A stretch of 10,693 bases of DNA from Nitrospirota bacterium (GTDB lineage Bacteria; Nitrospirota; UBA9217): assembly GCA_963796285.1 (NCBI GenBank), contig CAWCKW010000002.1, positions 1 through 10,693 on the forward strand, read 5' to 3'. The translations under genes were made by a program, and so were the position numbers. Numbering within the stretch: the first letter of the stretch is position 1; each line of letters opens with the position of its first letter. A model generated the notes under the pieces. The model saw nothing but the letters and a program-made list of their open reading frames with translations. It did not search any database and was not told the DNA's origin. This document shows, piece by piece, positions 6,072 through 10,693 of this stretch.

Positions 6072-7778
6072 ATGAACTCACCGACAAAATACGAATGGAA
6101 TCGTTACTCCGTCCCTTGTATGGCGATCCTGATCAGTGCGGTTATTCCTCTCCTGCAGTACCATTTCCGCAGGTTCGACGACAATCCATTCACAAGCTGG
6201 GACATGGTTTTTTCCACGACTGCCCCGGTTAAATTTTTTTTTATCTTAGTACCCGGCATATTGCTGGCGTGGCTTGCGATCAGGATTTCCTACCCCAACC
6301 CATTTCCGCGTTCACTCTTCCTGTTTTTCGCATGCTCCATCGTAACCGCTTTTTTTTGGGGAGAGCCCGAGGTAAACACGGTCACTGCGCGCTACGTGAC
6401 GCAGGCGAAACACATTGAACTCTATGGCATTCCCTATTTTTTCAGAGAATGGGGCAACGACATCCAGGCGTGGATGGATCTGCCCGCCGTCCCGTTCTTC
6501 GATGGACTGATCTTCAGGATATTCGGCGAGTCCAGGATTTATATTCAGCTTTTCACGGCGTTTCTGTTCGGGATGACCTCTGTCATTACCTATTTGATCG
6601 GAAAAGCGCTATGGGATAAAGATACGGGTTTTTATGCCGGCCTGCTCCTGCTCGGAATACCCTACCTCATCATCCAGACGCCGCTTATGCTCCTTGATGT
6701 GCACACGATGTTTTTCCTAACGCTGTCGATCTATCTTTATATCCGGGCAATGGAAGAGGGCGGCAGCGGCCGCATGCTGGCCGCCACATGCGCCGTTTTT
6801 ATCGCTTCTTTCTGTAAATACTCGGTATGGCCCATGCTGTCTGTTCTACCGGTCATATCGCTCGTCTATTATCTCCAGACTGATGTGTCCCTCCGCCGGA
6901 AAGTGCTGCAAAGAAGCTTCCAAATACTCCTGCTTTCCCTTCTCCTGGTTGGCGTCGTAGTCGCACTCAAGTTCGAGGTCGTAGTCGGCCAGATCAAACT
7001 CCTCCTGGAATTTCAGGCACCGAGTCTTGTCCGGTGGACCGAGACCTTTGCCTCGATCTTCCTTTTCCAGATCAACCCGGTTATCTCGATCGCGGCAATT
7101 TTTTCCCTCTTCATCGCAGCTTGGAAGCGGGATCTGAAATATATGATCGTGGTCTGGCTGCCATTGCTTGCCGTAATTTTTCAAATAAAGCGGGTCCGTT
7201 ATATGCTCCCCTTTTTCCCCATGCTGACCCTCATGGCAGCCCAGGGACTCGCCGCGTTCCAAAATCCGCAACTTCGAAAAGTGACTGTTGCCTCAGTCAT
7301 CATGACGTCGTTCGTGACCTGTTTCTTTCTCTTTCAACCTTTCCTGAATCAATGGAGCGCAGTCAATTTAAATGATGCCGGTCAATTCCTGGATACCCTG
7401 GACATCGATGCCGTCGATGTCTTCGCTCTACCCCAGCAAAATTATCCTGTCAATCCAGCCGTCGCTGTTCCCGTACTCGACCTCTTTACCCACAAAAGAA
7501 TCTTTTATCACTATGTTCCCGGCGCTTCTTCACCCGATGAAGATTTTCATATATCTCGGTTCCGCGACAGCTGGGAATACCGGAATCCTTTCTATTACAC
7601 GAGCGGTGCCGATCATGCTGCAGGTAAAAGGGCGGTCGTGGTGATTTTAGCGAACCTGCAGAACAAGATACCGCGCGAAGTGACCGAAAAAATCAGCACC
7701 CTCCATAACGCACGGTCGTTTACTACCGCAATTCCTTTCTTCTTCAACCAGACCCTTGTGCAGATTTACTGGCAATGA
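6072..7778 (+). CDS. GT-C fold integral membrane glycosyltransferase (ArnT/PMT_2, GT39/GT83-like)
   Basis: Polytopic hydrophobic protein with ..RY..QAK first loop, DLPAVPFFDGLIFRIFGES, TYLIGKALW...GFYAGLLL, LMLLDVHTMFF, FCKYS, RYMLPFFPML and a soluble C-terminal periplasmic domain. Start ATG 6072 (preceded by GCGGGA) is preferred over TTG 6042. Confidence 0.85.
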   Translation: MNSPTKYEWNRYSVPCMAILISAVIPLLQYHFRRFDDNPFTSWDMVFSTTAPVKFFFILVPGILLAWLAIRISYPNPFPRSLFLFFACSIVTAFFWGEPEVNTVTARYVTQAKHIELYGIPYFFREWGNDIQAWMDLPAVPFFDGLIFRIFGESRIYIQLFTAFLFGMTSVITYLIGKALWDKDTGFYAGLLLLGIPYLIIQTPLMLLDVHTMFFLTLSIYLYIRAMEEGGSGRMLAATCAVFIASFCKYSVWPMLSVLPVISLVYYLQTDVSLRRKVLQRSFQILLLSLLLVGVVVALKFEVVVGQIKLLLEFQAPSLVRWTETFASIFLFQINPVISIAAIFSLFIAAWKRDLKYMIVVWLPLLAVIFQIKRVRYMLPFFPMLTLMAAQGLAAFQNPQLRKVTVASVIMTSFVTCFFLFQPFLNQWSAVNLNDAGQFLDTLDIDAVDVFALPQQNYPVNPAVAVPVLDLFTHKRIFYHYVPGASSPDEDFHISRFRDSWEYRNPFYYTSGADHAAGKRAVVVILANLQNKIPREVTEKISTLHNARSFTTAIPFFFNQTLVQIYWQ

Positions 7779-7832
7779 CACGTTAAATTTCTTATAATAG
7801 AGAACGTCACGCACTTAGGCTTGCAAAATAGA

Positions 7833-9281
7833 ATGGACGGGGACTTTGTGACCAAAACGCATTTTACAGACCGAGAAGAAAAAATACTCATCCTTGGCGG
7901 CGGGCTTACCGGGCTCTCCGCCGGATATGCTCTTTCCAAAGCCGGCATAAGCGTCGCGGTCTTCGAACATGACCCGACGGTGGGCGGCATCTCAAAGACC
8001 ATCGAACACAACGGCTTCAGGTTCGACATTGGCCCTCACCGGTTTTTCACGAAGGACCCTCGCCTTGAGGCCTTTGTGAAAGACCTGATGGGAGATGAAC
8101 TGACAACAGTGCCGCGCAAAACGAAGATATTCATTCGCGGAAAATACTTCGACTATCCGCTGGAGCCGGTCAATGCGGTTTTCGGCATGGGCCTGTTTAC
8201 CACGCTCAAGATCCTGGGGGACTATGGGCTTGAGCGGATCAAACGGCTGTTCCGAAAGCCTGAACTCGTTTCACTCGAAGACTGGGTTGTCGCCAATTTC
8301 GGGCGCACCTTGTTCGATATCTACTTCAAGGAATACAGCGAAAAAGTCTGGGGCATCCCCTGCAGCGCCATCAGCGCCGAATGGGTGGCCCGGCGAATCA
8401 AAGGGCTGTCGCTATCTTCAGCCGTTGCGAATGCTTTTTTCAAAATAAAAGGAAGGGACATCCCCTCTCTTGTGGATGAGTTTCTCTATCCCCGACTGGG
8501 TATCGGACGGTTATCCGATAAACTCGCCGAGGGGATAGAGCGCTCAGGCGCGGTATACACCAATCGTGGGGTGGAACGGATAAGCCGCACCGGCTTTACC
8601 GTGAACAGCATAACGGTGAGGGACCGGGACGGTTCAAGGATCTACGGGGGAGCGGAATTTATATCGAGCATCCCGATCACGAAGCTGATCACCATGTTTG
8701 ATCCGCCGCCCCCCGCGGAAATTCTGGCAGCCGCCTCAAGCCTAAAATTCCGGGACCTCGTGACCGTTACCGTCATGATCGACAGGCCTCGCGTTACCGA
8801 TCTGACCTGGATCTATATCCCGGAGAAGAATATTCCCATTGGCAGGCTCCACGAACCCACGAACTGGAGCAAGGAAATGGCGCCCGAAGGCAAGACGCTC
8901 CTGGTAACGGAATTCTTCAGTTTTCAGGGCGATGCCATATGGAATTCGAGTGATGACGACCTTACCCGCCTTGCCGTCGAAAGTCTTGAGCGCCTTGAGT
9001 ATATCAAAGGCCACGAGGTTCTGGAAAGCGTCGTGCTGAGGGTGCCGCAGGCATACCCGCTGTTCGAAATAGGATATGAGAAACATCTCGACCTCATGTA
9101 TGATTATCTTGCTCAATTCACGAACCTCCATATCGCCGGAAGAGCGGGAAAGTTCAAGTACTATAACATGGACCATGCGATAGACTCGGGGATGAAAACC
9201 GCGGATAAGATCTTACGACAGTCTCAAGTTTCAAGTCTTATGTTAGCTGCAAGACCTGACCCGAGACCCGAGACATTTTAA
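7833..9281 (+). CDS. FAD/NAD(P)-dependent oxidoreductase, protoporphyrinogen oxidase/UDP-galactopyranose mutase-like family typical of polysaccharide clusters
   Basis: Rossmann motif ILILGGGLTGLSAG...VFE, GG motif VGGISKT...GFRFDIGPHRFF, YSEKVWG, WIYIPE, AYP and GRAGKFKYYNMDHAI. Start is uncertain (TTG 7821, ATG 7833 or GTG 7848). Confidence 0.88.
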   Translation: MDGDFVTKTHFTDREEKILILGGGLTGLSAGYALSKAGISVAVFEHDPTVGGISKTIEHNGFRFDIGPHRFFTKDPRLEAFVKDLMGDELTTVPRKTKIFIRGKYFDYPLEPVNAVFGMGLFTTLKILGDYGLERIKRLFRKPELVSLEDWVVANFGRTLFDIYFKEYSEKVWGIPCSAISAEWVARRIKGLSLSSAVANAFFKIKGRDIPSLVDEFLYPRLGIGRLSDKLAEGIERSGAVYTNRGVERISRTGFTVNSITVRDRDGSRIYGGAEFISSIPITKLITMFDPPPPAEILAAASSLKFRDLVTVTVMIDRPRVTDLTWIYIPEKNIPIGRLHEPTNWSKEMAPEGKTLLVTEFFSFQGDAIWNSSDDDLTRLAVESLERLEYIKGHEVLESVVLRVPQAYPLFEIGYEKHLDLMYDYLAQFTNLHIAGRAGKFKYYNMDHAIDSGMKTADKILRQSQVSSLMLAARPDPRPETF

Positions 9282-9298
9282 AACGAGGTTAGAACGTA

Positions 9299-10693
9299 AT
9301 GAAATGCGCCCTTATCATACCCTCCTGGGTGCCGCGGGATATTTTTTCTTCTAAAACCGCCGCATCCCAGATCAATTATTGGCAGCCCCTGGGAACGCTC
9401 TATGTGGCCGCGGTTCTCCAAAACGCGGGCCATGAAGTAATGTTCCAGAACGGCGCATTTCTCACCCATGAAGAACTGCTCCGGGAAACGGAGAAATTCG
9501 CGCCCCGATTCATCGGAATTTACTCAACAACCTTTGGATGGAAAAAAGCAAAACAGACAGCTTTTGATCTCAGAGCAATGTATGGAGACCGGGCATTCAT
9601 CTGCGCAGGAGGCCCCTATCCGATTGCCGTGCAGGAGCGCTGTCTTATCGATGCGGGGGAAAGCATCGACGCCATCGTGACCGGAGAGGGGGAGTTCACG
9701 GTGCTCGAAACGGTAGAGAGACTCCAGGCAGGACGCACGCTTGAAGGCGTAGAGGGGATCATCTGGCGCGAGCGGGAACGGATCATCAAAAATCCGTCAC
9801 GGCCGTTGATTGCAGACCTCGACGCGCTCCCCTTCCCTGCACGGGAACTCCTCGGGGACCCGAACCGATACTTGCCCACGCCGGCCACATACAAACGAAC
9901 GCCCGTGACGGTGATGATGACGTCCCGGGGGTGCAACAGGCGATGCATCTACTGTTTTCAGATCGACAAGGACAGAAAAAGCGGGATCCGCTACCGCAGC
10001 ATCGAAAACGTGATGCAGGAGATCGAGCAATGCCTTGCCCAGGGGTACCGAGAGATCAAATTTCTCGATGATACGCTTGCCGCGGACTACGATAGGGCAA
10101 TGCGATTTACCAAGGAGATCAGGGCGCGGAAACTGGATTTCACCTGGTTCGTCTCGGCCTGCGTCAACCAGGTGGACAAACCCCTGCTGCAAGCCTTCAA
10201 GGACGCGGGCTGCTGGGCGATCCTGTTCGGCGCGGAGAGCGGTGTGCAGAAAAATCTCAATACCATCAGAAAAGGAACAACCCTCGACCAGATAAGAACG
10301 GCGGTGAAAAACGCGCAGCAAGTCGGGCTCAAAGTTCACACGCCCTTCATGTTCGGCATCCCCGGAGAAACCTACGAAGAGGGACTGGAGACAATCCGGT
10401 TCGCCATTGAACTGGATCCCGACACGGTAAGTTTCCATGCCATAACGCCCTTTCCCGGGACCGAGCTCTACGACAACCTGGACAAGTACGGCGAGATTTC
10501 CGAGGAACTCACGGACTTCACCTATCAGGGCGCCGCATTTGTTCCCCGCACCATGACCAAGGACCAGATCATCGACCTCAGGCAAAAGGCGTTCAGAAAG
10601 TTCTACTCCCGCCCATCGTTCATCGTCAAGAGAATTTTCTCGGTCCGGAACTGGGATGACTTCGCGTCCCTCGTTAAGGCGGCACGAAGTTTG
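9299..10693 (+). CDS. Cobalamin (B12)-binding domain radical SAM protein (class B methyltransferase-like), 3' end truncated by the window
   Basis: Not in the ORF track. Manual translation from ATG 9299 (GAGGT RBS at ~9285) is open to the window end (465 codons): MKCALIIPSW...QPLGTLYVAAVL..AGHEV...GGPYP...GEGE...DLDALPFPARELL...TSRGCNRRCIYC (CxxxCxxC at 9932-9955)...FLDDTL...FGAESG...FMFGIPGET...TPFPGTELY. Confidence 0.95.
   Translation, partial: MKCALIIPSWVPRDIFSSKTAASQINYWQPLGTLYVAAVLQNAGHEVMFQNGAFLTHEELLRETEKFAPRFIGIYSTTFGWKKAKQTAFDLRAMYGDRAFICAGGPYPIAVQERCLIDAGESIDAIVTGEGEFTVLETVERLQAGRTLEGVEGIIWRERERIIKNPSRPLIADLDALPFPARELLGDPNRYLPTPATYKRTPVTVMMTSRGCNRRCIYCFQIDKDRKSGIRYRSIENVMQEIEQCLAQGYREIKFLDDTLAADYDRAMRFTKEIRARKLDFTWFVSACVNQVDKPLLQAFKDAGCWAILFGAESGVQKNLNTIRKGTTLDQIRTAVKNAQQVGLKVHTPFMFGIPGETYEEGLETIRFAIELDPDTVSFHAITPFPGTELYDNLDKYGEISEELTDFTYQGAAFVPRTMTKDQIIDLRQKAFRKFYSRPSFIVKRIFSVRNWDDFASLVKAARSL

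Noticed and set aside
7833-9281. Calling the flavoprotein hemY/hemG or glf
   Set aside because: Only fold-level similarity is visible. The context points to an uncharacterised glycan-cluster family, so no symbol was assigned.
9278-10585. ORFs 9278-9469, 9468-9680, 9616-9948, 9797-10585, 10035-10295 and 10087-10332
   Set aside because: They are shadows of the radical SAM gene starting at 9299.
1-10693. CRISPR arrays, tRNA/rRNA, IS elements or phage genes
   Set aside because: No regularly spaced repeats, RNA gene signatures, transposase or integrase motifs were seen by eye.

Overview
Bacterial genomic window from a diderm, probably an anaerobe. The gene content resembles Desulfobacterota/Geobacter-like or Nitrospirota genomes (inference only). 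Two divergent blocks meet at an AT-richer spacer (5794-6071). The minus-strand block encodes four envelope proteins: an ExtI-like outer-membrane porin (4576-5793), a tandem Ig-like (Big_2) lipoprotein (3855-4547), a large lipoprotein that the ORF track splits into three pieces (1883-3579), and a MacB/FtsX-type ABC permease with a periplasmic Cys-Cys motif and no adjacent ATPase (448-1656). The split gene reads as one ~564-aa protein with a lipobox, a Big_2 domain, a His/Cys-rich beta-propeller-like domain and a C-terminal CxxCH heme motif, broken by two net +1 frameshifts. Each of the three minus-strand units has a TTGACA-N17-TATnnT sigma70 promoter, and an intrinsic terminator follows the cytochrome gene. 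The plus-strand block is a GT-C (ArnT/PMT-like) membrane glycosyltransferase, an FAD-dependent oxidoreductase and a cobalamin-binding radical SAM enzyme that runs off the right edge and is missing from the ORF track. The left edge holds the frameshifted 3' end of an acyltransferase-3 family gene. The most interesting hypothesis is an undescribed cell-surface porin plus Ig-stalked heme/metal propeller redox module coupled to a glycan-modification cluster. No RNA genes, CRISPR arrays or mobile elements were seen.
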